The notes under the pieces are model-generated. The model was not told the origin of the DNA. It saw only the letters and a program-made list of their open reading frames with translations, and made no database searches. Shown piece after piece: positions 54,756-63,034 of a stretch of 64,000 bases of DNA (the first letter of the stretch is position 1; each line of letters opens with the position of its first letter). Position numbers and translations under genes: made by a program. This DNA comes from Burkholderiales bacterium (lineage in GTDB: Bacteria > Pseudomonadota > Gammaproteobacteria > Burkholderiales > Burkholderiaceae_C), in the NCBI GenBank assembly GCA_947452135.1, contig CANGBT010000002.1:3586-67585 (forward strand), read 5' to 3'.

Positions 54756-56185
54756 CACACGCTCCTTGCTGCCGCCAGGCCCGACACGCGCGGACGCGCC
54801 ACCACCGCGTAGTCGCCCGCCCACAGGCCGCCCAGCAGTCCCAGCGTGGCGCGGTGGTAACGGCGCCAGCGGCCCGACACCTGCGGCTCGAGCTGCGTCA
54901 TCGCATAGCCGGCGCCCTCCAGCCAGCGGCGCACCAGACCCGGCGAGGTGATGTGGATGCCGCTGCGCGCGGCGTCACCCAGATGCTCGAGGTTGGGCGC
55001 ACGACGGAAGCGCCGCCAGCGCACCGAGGCGTGCTCGAGGTTCGGAAAGCTCGCGATCGCCAGACCGTCGGGCCGCAGCAGTTGCCGGTAGCTGCTCAGC
55101 AGCGCCACCGGGTCATCGACCAGATGGATCAGCCCCGAGATCAGCAGCGCGTCGAACTGCTCGCCGGCCAGCGCAGCGGGCGCGGCCTGCAAGCCGCACG
55201 GCAGCACGCGCACGCCGTGATCGGCGGCCAGCCGGCCGATCACCCGGTCGAGCGGCACGGCGGTGACCGCGATGCCGCGCTCGAGCAGCGCCTGCTCGGT
55301 GCGACCCCAGCCGCAACCGATCGACAGCACGCTCTTGGCCGAGGCGGGCAGCAGCGCGATCAGGTCGTCGCGGCACGGCTCGTAGTACGACTTGATCCAG
55401 CGCGCGCTGGGCAGCCGCGGCTCGACGCGCACCGCGCCGCTCGCCTCGGGCTGGCCGGGCTCGGTTTCCATCAGCGCGGCGAGCTGCGGCGCGAGCAGCT
55501 GCGCCGAGATGCCGGTGCGCCCGATGTAGCGGTTGGTCAGGTGCTGGCAGGTGAAGCGCGGCAGCTGCGAAATGCACACCAGCTTGCGAAAGCCGCACTG
55601 CGTGTACGGGTCGGTGGCCGCCGACACCAGCAAGTCGTACTTGCCTTCGTGCGGCGGCACGTTGAAGCCGCCCGAGGCGATGGCGCGGCGCAGCTGCGAG
55701 CGCGTGAGCAAGTAGCACGCGCCGTGCTCGTTGGTGAAGTGGGCGAACGTCTCGCCGCCGCGCCAGCGCACCGAGTTGACGTCCCAGTGGTAGTGGTTGT
55801 GGATGGTCGAGTAGTACAGCGTGCCGTCGGGCCCGCGCTCCGAACGCAGGAAGCCGGCGATCTCGTCGGGCTCGAGCACCGAGCTGGCCCACAGGAACGC
55901 CTCGATGTGGTCCTGCGTGATCAGCGTGTCGTCTTCCGAGTAGATGAACAGGTCGTGCTGCTCCAGCCGCTCGGCAAAGACGCTCTTGTGAGCGAACGGC
56001 AGCGACCACGGGTTGCCGGTGGGTGCGCCCACCAGCACTTCCACATCGGGGCCCAGATCGCGCGGCTCGTTGGACACCACCACCACGTGCACGTCGTACG
56101 GCATCGCGGCGTACTCGTCGAGCAGCTGCTGCAAATAGGCGTCGTTGCGATGGCCGTGGCTGGCGATGGCGACAAGGATCTTCAT
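54755..56185 (-). CDS. two-domain protein: N-terminal GT-A-like domain plus C-terminal class I SAM methyltransferase
   Basis: 476 aa. N-terminal half: MKILVAIASHG...VVVVSNEP...FIYSEDDTL (DxD-like). C-terminal half: VLSIGCGWGRTE...FDALLISGLIHLV. Confidence 0.7.
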   Translation of the reverse strand: MKILVAIASHGHRNDAYLQQLLDEYAAMPYDVHVVVVSNEPRDLGPDVEVLVGAPTGNPWSLPFAHKSVFAERLEQHDLFIYSEDDTLITQDHIEAFLWASSVLEPDEIAGFLRSERGPDGTLYYSTIHNHYHWDVNSVRWRGGETFAHFTNEHGACYLLTRSQLRRAIASGGFNVPPHEGKYDLLVSAATDPYTQCGFRKLVCISQLPRFTCQHLTNRYIGRTGISAQLLAPQLAALMETEPGQPEASGAVRVEPRLPSARWIKSYYEPCRDDLIALLPASAKSVLSIGCGWGRTEQALLERGIAVTAVPLDRVIGRLAADHGVRVLPCGLQAAPAALAGEQFDALLISGLIHLVDDPVALLSSYRQLLRPDGLAIASFPNLEHASVRWRRFRRAPNLEHLGDAARSGIHITSPGLVRRWLEGAGYAMTQLEPQVSGRWRRYHRATLGLLGGLWAGDYAVVARPRVSGLAAARSV

Positions 56186-57918
56186 GCGCGGTCCTGTGGA
56201 TGGGCGGGTGGCGGGTCGCTGCGGTCAAGGCGCCGCTTGAAGCGGCGCGCCCAGCCGTCGAGCGGCGGCGGCAGGCAGGTCAGCACGTTGGTCTTGAAGC
56301 CCAGTGCGCCGAGCTGCACCGCCAGCCGCACGCGCGAGGCGTACGGCAGGGGCGTGAGGCAGTGGCGCACCAGGCGCGCGCTGCGGTGGGGGTCGGTCAC
56401 CGAGCCGAACAGCCGCGCCAGCGCACCGTCGAGGCTGGTGGTCTGCGCCACGTCGCCTTGCTCGCCCACGCAGCCGCGCTCGGGCGTGGCGTCGAGCTGC
56501 GCGTACACGGCAGCCAGCGCACTGCGCCAGCCGTCGCCGCCGTGCAACTCGTCGATGCGCCGGCGCGCCAGCTCGCCACGCGATTCACGCAGCGCGGCGT
56601 CGTCGATCAGGCGCTCGAGGCACACCTGATAAGCCGCCGGCACGCTGGCCATTTCCATCGTCTCGTCGATGCCCGGCGCGCCCGGGCCGAGCAGCCGCAT
56701 GTCCTCGTCGAGGCCGCGGTAGCCCAGCAGCGCCAGACCGTGGCAGCCGGCTTCGAGCAGCGAGGTGATCGACGAGAACGGCACCGAGTCGAGGTACACG
56801 TCGGCTGCGGCAAACAGCACGTCGTTGTCCCAGCGCCGGCCCAGTGCCAGGATGCGCCCGTCGCACGCCAGGCTCGCGGCATGCCAGTCGCCGTGGTCCG
56901 ACGGGCCCACCGCCATGAAGTGCACATGGGGCCGGCTGGCCAGCACCGGCGTCACCAGATCGAGCAGCCCCACCTGACCCGGCGCGCTGTACTTGAAGGG
57001 CGACGCGATGGTCAGCAGCAGCACGCCGTCGGGGTCGAGCCCGAGTCGGCGCTTGGCCTCGCGCCGGCCCATGGCCAGCGCCGGTGGCGGTGTGGGTATC
57101 GGTATGGGCAGCAGCATGCGTCGCTCCACATCCAGCCCGCGCCGCTGGGCCAGGAAGGCATCGTTCTGGCTGCGCAGGTGGGCGATGCCGTGGGCCACGC
57201 CGGCACCCACCCAGAAGGTGTGATCCGAGTGATTGACCAGCAGCACGCGCGCCGAGTCGCAGCCACTGGCCAGCGCCAGCATGGGCACGATGTCGTACGG
57301 GTACAGGTGCAGCACCACCACATCGGCCTGCTGGCACAGCGCGCGCAGCTGGCGCGCCTGCGCCAGCGGCTCGGTGACCGGCGCGCCCAGCGTGTGCACC
57401 GCACCGCCCGACGAGTGCACCGCGCGGGTGAGCGCGCCCGGAACCTCGTAGGTGCCGGCGACTTCCTGCTGGCTGGTCAGCGCCACCGAATGGCAGCTGT
57501 CGCCGTCCAGTTCCATCCAGCGCCAGGCGTAGCGGCTGTCGCCGCCGATCGGCTTGGCATAGGTCAGCACGTGCAGCACCTGGCGGCGCTCGCCTCGCAG
57601 CGCAGGGGGCACCGCCGCGTCGGGTGCCGGCATGCGCCGGCCGATCTCGATGAGCAGCCGCTCCAGCCGCGGCGAGCCGAACAGCCCCACCGTGGCCGGA
57701 AACGCCTCGTTGGTGGCCAGCTTGGCCAGCGCGGCGGCGGCCGGCAGGTCGCCCGCCAGCAGCCGGGCTTCGGCCAGATCGAGCACGCCGCAAAAGCGCT
57801 GGTGCGCCTGCGCGGTCGGCCCGGCATGGGGCGGCACCAACGGCACCGTCGCGGGGACGGCGGTGCGCACGACGGGCTCGGTGGCGGGTTGCCACAGCGG
57901 GGTGGACAGGTCGCTCAT
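56182..57918 (-). CDS. divergent GT-B-like protein of unknown specificity
   Basis: 578 aa from ATG 57916-57918 (RQVLHVLTYAKPIGGDSRY..., LLTIASPFKY, YLDSVPFSSITSLLEAGCHGLALLG). ATGA overlaps at both ends. Confidence 0.55.
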   Translation of the reverse strand: MSDLSTPLWQPATEPVVRTAVPATVPLVPPHAGPTAQAHQRFCGVLDLAEARLLAGDLPAAAALAKLATNEAFPATVGLFGSPRLERLLIEIGRRMPAPDAAVPPALRGERRQVLHVLTYAKPIGGDSRYAWRWMELDGDSCHSVALTSQQEVAGTYEVPGALTRAVHSSGGAVHTLGAPVTEPLAQARQLRALCQQADVVVLHLYPYDIVPMLALASGCDSARVLLVNHSDHTFWVGAGVAHGIAHLRSQNDAFLAQRRGLDVERRMLLPIPIPTPPPALAMGRREAKRRLGLDPDGVLLLTIASPFKYSAPGQVGLLDLVTPVLASRPHVHFMAVGPSDHGDWHAASLACDGRILALGRRWDNDVLFAAADVYLDSVPFSSITSLLEAGCHGLALLGYRGLDEDMRLLGPGAPGIDETMEMASVPAAYQVCLERLIDDAALRESRGELARRRIDELHGGDGWRSALAAVYAQLDATPERGCVGEQGDVAQTTSLDGALARLFGSVTDPHRSARLVRHCLTPLPYASRVRLAVQLGALGFKTNVLTCLPPPLDGWARRFKRRLDRSDPPPAHPQDRA

Positions 57919-59492
57919 GGGGGTCCTTGTGTGTGCATGCGGAGCGCGCCGAGCAAGCGGCGCAGTGAGGCCGGCAGGTGCTGCGGCGACGCGAGCCGCA
58001 GCAGCACGCGCAGGGAATAGACCGTGCTGGCCAGCGTGATCAGCGCGCCGGCAGCCAGCGCCCAGGCCACGGGCCACCACTCGAAGGCCGCAAACACCGC
58101 GGCCACCGACACGCCGAACACGCCCACGCTGGCGGCGGTGTCGCCCGACCAGCGAAAGCCGCTGAGCGACCTCACGATCGGATACAGCATCAGCGCGTGA
58201 AACACGTACGAGCCGAAGAACGCCATGCCCGCGCCGCGGTGCCCGTAGCGGCCCACCAGAACCCAGGCCAGGCCGACGCTCACCAGCCCCCAGGCCAGCT
58301 CGGTGATGAAGAACAGCCGCTGGTCGCCGCGCGCCACGATGATGAAACCCATCGGCCAGGTGACCACCCGCAGCGTCATGCCCAGGCACACCCAGCGCAG
58401 CGTTTCGGCCGCCTCGCCGAAAGCCGGGCTGTAGAACACCGCAAGCACCAGCGAGGCCAGCGTGAGCGTGGCCGCCATGCCGGGGCCGGCCAGCAGCAAG
58501 CTGACCTGTGCCTGCTCGTTGACCACCTGGTTGCTTCGCGCGTTGTCGTGGATCAGCGCGACCAGCCGGGGGTAGAAGTCCGCACCCATCGCCTGCAGCA
58601 CGAAGCCCACATACAGACCACCCAGCGTCCAGGCGGCCTGGTAGTAGCCGGCCGCTTCGAGCCCGTCGTGGCGCAGCACGATCAGCCGCACCACATAGGC
58701 CGAGGCCATCACGATCAGCCCGCTGGCCATGAAGGCCAGACCCAGACCGAGCAGCGCGCTCGACTCGCGCCGCACCTCGGCCCAGCGCAGCGTCACCGCA
58801 GCCAGCGGCACACGCCGCGCGTACCACCACGACACGAGCGCCGCACCGGCAGCCATCGCCACCAGCGACGGCACCACGCCGGCCTCGCCCCACAGCGCGA
58901 CCAGCGCGATGCCGGCCAGCGAGCCGAGCAGCGCGCCGAAAAATCCCACGGCGGCGAAATCCCCGATGCGCCGCAGGCCCTGGATCAGCGCGCCCTGGCT
59001 GTCCGAGACGATGCGAAAGAACACCGCCGCGCCCAGCAGCGCCACCGACGGTGCGCGCTGCGCGTCGCCAAAGGTCAGCGTGGCCAGCGGGCTCGACGCG
59101 GCGGCCAGCAGCCCCGCGCCCAGCAGCGCGAGCAGCAGCGACACGCGGCGCAGCACGCCGGCGGTGAAGGCAATGCGCTGCGCATCGCCGGTGCCCGCGG
59201 CCGCGGCGATCTGCCGCACCCCGCTGCTGTTGATGCCCAGCTGCGCCACGCTGCGCACCAGATCGACGATCGAGCCGTACAAGCCCAGCAGGCCGAAGCC
59301 GGCCGGCCCGAGCAGCATCGCCAGCACCTTGGTGCGCACCAGCCCGACCCCGATGTTGAGCGCCGACGCCCCGCCGATCAGCGCGGTGGCCTTGAGGATG
59401 CCGCGGTAGCCGGCGCTGGCCGAGCCCGCGCTCGGCACCGACGGCTCCACAGCCACCGCGCGTGACGCGGTGAGGTCGGGAACGGCGCTCAC
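57915..59492 (-). CDS. Wzx-type oligosaccharide flippase (PST/MOP family)
   Basis: About 525 aa polytopic protein (ILKATALIGGASALNIGVGLVRTKVLAMLLGPAGFGLLGLY). GTG start at 59490-59492, 10 nt after the upstream stop. Confidence 0.8.
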   Translation of the reverse strand: MSAVPDLTASRAVAVEPSVPSAGSASAGYRGILKATALIGGASALNIGVGLVRTKVLAMLLGPAGFGLLGLYGSIVDLVRSVAQLGINSSGVRQIAAAAGTGDAQRIAFTAGVLRRVSLLLALLGAGLLAAASSPLATLTFGDAQRAPSVALLGAAVFFRIVSDSQGALIQGLRRIGDFAAVGFFGALLGSLAGIALVALWGEAGVVPSLVAMAAGAALVSWWYARRVPLAAVTLRWAEVRRESSALLGLGLAFMASGLIVMASAYVVRLIVLRHDGLEAAGYYQAAWTLGGLYVGFVLQAMGADFYPRLVALIHDNARSNQVVNEQAQVSLLLAGPGMAATLTLASLVLAVFYSPAFGEAAETLRWVCLGMTLRVVTWPMGFIIVARGDQRLFFITELAWGLVSVGLAWVLVGRYGHRGAGMAFFGSYVFHALMLYPIVRSLSGFRWSGDTAASVGVFGVSVAAVFAAFEWWPVAWALAAGALITLASTVYSLRVLLRLASPQHLPASLRRLLGALRMHTQGPP

Positions 59493-59502
59493 GGCGTGCC
59501 GA

Positions 59503-60675
59503 TCAGGCTGCGGCCGCCGACGGCGACACACCGGCCGCACGGCTGCACGCATCGATCAGCGCGCGCGCGATGTGCTGCTGCTCGGCCAGCGTCAGGCCGG
59601 GGTACAGCGGCAGCAGCACGCGGCGATCCTGCGCGCGCTCGGATTGGGTCAGCGCGTGGCGGTGCGGCAGATCGGCGCAGGCCACCTCGCGGTGCGAGCA
59701 CATGATCCCGCGCCGCGTGCTCACGCCGGCTTCGAGCATCGACTGCATCACCGCGCGCTGGTCGCTGTGCTCAGGCAGGCCCACGCTGAAGCTTTGCCAG
59801 TTGGAGCGCGCCCACGGCGGCTCCACCGGCAGATCGAGGCCGTGGTTGCCGGCCAGCAGCTCGTGGTACTGGCTGGCGAGTTGCCGGCGCTGGGGCACGA
59901 TGTCCGGCAGGCGCTTGAGTTGCTCGCGACCGACCGCCGCCTGGATGTCGGTCATGCGGTAGTTGAAGCCGACCTCGGGGTACGACTCGAAGATCACCTG
60001 GCTCGATCCGTGGCGCACGGTGTCGGGCACGCTCATGGCGTGCTGGCGCAGCAGGCGGAAGCGCTGGTCCCACTCGGCGTGGCGCGTGGTGATCATGCCG
60101 CCGTCGCCGGTGCTGATGACCTTGCGCGGATGGAACGAGAAGCACGCCACATCGCCGCGCGGTGCGCCGACCTTTTCCCACTCGCCGTTCCAGCGCACCT
60201 CGCTGCCGATGGCGCACGCCGCGTCCTCGATCACCGGCAACGAGTGCCGGCGCGCGATCGGCAGGATGTGCCGCAGATCGCACGGCATGCCGATCTGGTG
60301 CACGCACAGGATGGCGCGGGTGCGCGCGGTGATGGCCGGCTCGATCTGCGTGGCATCCAGGTTGAAGGTGACCGGATCGACATCGACGAACACCGGCACC
60401 GCGCCCAGATAGCGAATGCTGTTGGCCGTGGCGATGTACGAGTGGCTCACGGTGATCACCTCGTCGAGCGGCTTCACGCCGGCGGCGATCAGCGCCAGGT
60501 GCAGCGCGGTGGTGCAGTTGGACACCGCCGCGGCATGCGGCGCGCCCACGTAGTCCGCGAACTCGCGTTCGAAGGCAGCGACCTCGGGGCCCTGCGTGAT
60601 CCAGCCGCTGCGGATCACGCGGCCGGCGGCCTCGGCCTCGGCATCGCCCATCACGGGTTTGGCGCTCGGGATCAT
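59503..60675 (-). CDS. DegT/DnrJ/EryC1/StrS-family sugar aminotransferase
   Basis: 390 aa from ATG 60673-60675 (GWITQGPEVAAFE, AVSNCTTALHLAL, FSFHPRKVISTGDGGM). Confidence 0.85.
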   Translation of the reverse strand: MIPSAKPVMGDAEAEAAGRVIRSGWITQGPEVAAFEREFADYVGAPHAAAVSNCTTALHLALIAAGVKPLDEVITVSHSYIATANSIRYLGAVPVFVDVDPVTFNLDATQIEPAITARTRAILCVHQIGMPCDLRHILPIARRHSLPVIEDAACAIGSEVRWNGEWEKVGAPRGDVACFSFHPRKVISTGDGGMITTRHAEWDQRFRLLRQHAMSVPDTVRHGSSQVIFESYPEVGFNYRMTDIQAAVGREQLKRLPDIVPQRRQLASQYHELLAGNHGLDLPVEPPWARSNWQSFSVGLPEHSDQRAVMQSMLEAGVSTRRGIMCSHREVACADLPHRHALTQSERAQDRRVLLPLYPGLTLAEQQHIARALIDACSRAAGVSPSAAAA

Positions 60676-61652
60676 GCGCACGCCACCTCGGCGCGGTTGG
60701 CTTGCCACCACGCCACCAGATGCCGCAGGCCTTCGTGCAGGCGCACGCCGGATCGAAAGCCCAGCAGTCGCTCGGCCTTTTCGGTGGAAGCCAGCCGGCG
60801 CGGCACCGGGTTGACGCTGCGCTCGGGGCCGTGCTCGGGCACCAGGCCCTGCGCGTCCATCACCGTGAGCAAGGCGCTGGCCAGTTCGGCCAGCGACGTC
60901 TCGGTGCCGCTGGCCACGTTGAAGACTTCGTCCTCGCAATCGGCGCGCAGCGCGGCCACGTTGGCGCGCGCCACGTCGTCGATGTAGATGAAGTCCATGG
61001 TCTGCGAGCCGTCGCCCAGGATCAGCGGCGGCTGGCCGTTGGCGATGCGCTCCATCCAGCGGATCAGCACTTCGGTGTACTTGCCGTGGATGTCCATGCG
61101 CGGGCCGTACACATTGAAGTAGCGCATGGCCACGTAGGGCAGCCCGTACATCGCGTGGTACGAGCGCAGCAGGCCCTCGAGCATCACCTTGCTCGCGCCG
61201 TACCAGGTGCGGTTGTTGTACGGATGGTGGTCTTCGCGGGTCGGAAAGCTGTCGGCCAGACCATAGATCGACGCCGACGACGCCGCCACCACGCGCCGCA
61301 CGCAGGCCAGCCGCGCGGCCTCGACCACGTTGAAGCTGCCGTCGCACATGACCTCGAGCGCCTCGCGCGGCTCGGCCGCACACGCGGTGATGCGCAGCGC
61401 GGCCAGGTGAATCACCGCGTCCATGCCGCGCGTGACGCGCTCGACGGCGGCCGCGTCGGCGATGTCGCCCTCGACGAAGCTCACGCGGGGGTCGGCCAGT
61501 GCTTTCTCGACGTTGGCCAGCCGGCCGCGCACGAGGTTGTCGAAGATCACGATCTTGCCGGGCGTGTGCTCGCGCAGCAGCAGATCGATGGTGGACGAGC
61601 CGATCAGGCCCGCGCCGCCGGTGACGAGAATCTTGGCGCCGTTGATGTTCAT
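60672..61652 (-). CDS. NAD-dependent nucleotide-sugar epimerase/dehydratase (SDR)
   Basis: 326 aa from ATG 61650-61652 (ILVTGGAGLIGS, YGASK, RYFNVYGPR). Confidence 0.85.
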   Translation of the reverse strand: MNINGAKILVTGGAGLIGSSTIDLLLREHTPGKIVIFDNLVRGRLANVEKALADPRVSFVEGDIADAAAVERVTRGMDAVIHLAALRITACAAEPREALEVMCDGSFNVVEAARLACVRRVVAASSASIYGLADSFPTREDHHPYNNRTWYGASKVMLEGLLRSYHAMYGLPYVAMRYFNVYGPRMDIHGKYTEVLIRWMERIANGQPPLILGDGSQTMDFIYIDDVARANVAALRADCEDEVFNVASGTETSLAELASALLTVMDAQGLVPEHGPERSVNPVPRRLASTEKAERLLGFRSGVRLHEGLRHLVAWWQANRAEVACA

Positions 61653-61708
61653 GCCGAGGGTTCCGGTTGCACTGGAAGGTTTGAAGAAGAAGTCACTGCC
61701 GTGCGCGG

Positions 61709-62914
61709 TCACACCGCGCCCTCGCAGTGCAAAACGACGCGCACCGTGCGCACGAGCAGGCTCAAGTCGGTGGCGAGCGAGCACTCGCGGATGTAGCGCA
61801 GGTCCATGCGCACCATGTCGTTGAAGCTCACGCGGCTGCGCCCTTCGACCTGCCACAACCCGGTGATGCCCGGCTTGAGCGCCAGGATGCGGCGCAGGTG
61901 CCACGGCTGGTACTGCGCCAGCTCGTAGGGCAGCGGCGGGCGCGGGCCGACCAGGCTCATGTCGCCCTTGAGCACGTTGAAAAACTGCGGCAGCTCGTCG
62001 AGGCTGGTGCGCCGGATGAAGCGCCCCACCCGGGTCACGCGCGGGTCGACCTTGATCTTGTAGAGCACCGGCTCGTCGTCGCGTGCCGGCGCCGGATCGG
62101 CCGCCGTCTTGATGAGCTTGGCCACGAACTCGCGGTGGATCGCGTCGTTGCCGCCGGTCACCATCGAGCGGAACTTGTAGAAGGTGAACGGCGCGCCGCC
62201 CTTGCCCACGCGGGTCTGCTTGAAGATGACCGGTCCGCGCGACCCCAGCACCACCGCCAGCGCCACGGCCAGCATCACCGGCGAGAACACGATCAGCGCG
62301 AACAGCGCGCCCACCACATCGAGCGTGCGCTTGAGCCGGTAGCCGACCACATGGTCGACCGTCTCGGTGGCGATGAAAGGCTCGAACACCTGCGGCACGT
62401 CGATGCCCTGCGCGAGGCTGTCGAACAGGTCGTCGGGGAAGGTGGCCACGCTCATCACGAACGGCAGGTCACCGGCCTCGCGGCTGACCTTGCGCAGCAG
62501 GCTGCGCGTGCCGGACTCGTCGGTGTCGGGACACAGCACGGCCACCTGACCGTCACCGGCGTGGCCCACCACATCGGTCTCGCGCTTGACGGCGCACAGC
62601 GACTCGAGCAGCCGGTCGATCTGCAACGCACCGCGCTGGTTGCGGTCGGCCAGATGAAACATGGCCAGCGACAGCGAGGTGCGGCTGCGCTCGGCGCGGC
62701 GCTTTTCGCGGTGCAGCTGGTGCAGGAATTCATCGAAGCCGATCACCTCGGCACCGGCTCGCTGCTCGGCCGCACGCACCGGCGCGGCAGACACGGCGGG
62801 CGGCGCCGTGGCACGGGCGCTCGGGGCTGTCGCCGGTTGTGTCTCGCGGGCGCTGCCGGATCCCGACAACACCGCTCCCGAAGCAGAAATCAATCGTTCT
62901 TCCATGGAGTCCAT
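61709..62914 (-). CDS. monotopic (PglC/WbaP-C-like) polyprenyl-phosphate sugar-phosphate transferase with N-terminal degenerate GGDEF-like domain
   Basis: C-terminal half: single re-entrant helix [25 protein letters not shown], then [42 protein letters not shown]-terminal half: [30 protein letters not shown]...[23 protein letters not shown]. The start is uncertain (ATG 62914 or 62905, or GTG 62980). Confidence 0.8.
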   Translation of the reverse strand: MDSMEERLISASGAVLSGSGSARETQPATAPSARATAPPAVSAAPVRAAEQRAGAEVIGFDEFLHQLHREKRRAERSRTSLSLAMFHLADRNQRGALQIDRLLESLCAVKRETDVVGHAGDGQVAVLCPDTDESGTRSLLRKVSREAGDLPFVMSVATFPDDLFDSLAQGIDVPQVFEPFIATETVDHVVGYRLKRTLDVVGALFALIVFSPVMLAVALAVVLGSRGPVIFKQTRVGKGGAPFTFYKFRSMVTGGNDAIHREFVAKLIKTAADPAPARDDEPVLYKIKVDPRVTRVGRFIRRTSLDELPQFFNVLKGDMSLVGPRPPLPYELAQYQPWHLRRILALKPGITGLWQVEGRSRVSFNDMVRMDLRYIRECSLATDLSLLVRTVRVVLHCEGAV

Positions 62915-63034
62915 TGCAAGCGCTGGGCGCGTTTGTCGATTGAGAAGACTCAACCGGCAGGCAAGTGTTCTGGCGTCCACTGAACCTCAGGCCGGAAACA
63001 CCCCATTCACGAAACCCCACAAGAAGCTCACACC

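Noticed and set aside
52063-58893. Very long tracked ORFs 52063..54354 (763 aa) and 56182..58893 (903 aa).
   Set aside because: Their N-terminal extensions are Arg/Gly/Ala-rich and overlap the neighbouring membrane-protein genes in another frame. Internal ATGs (53379 and 57918) give proper N-termini and ATGA or SD junctions.
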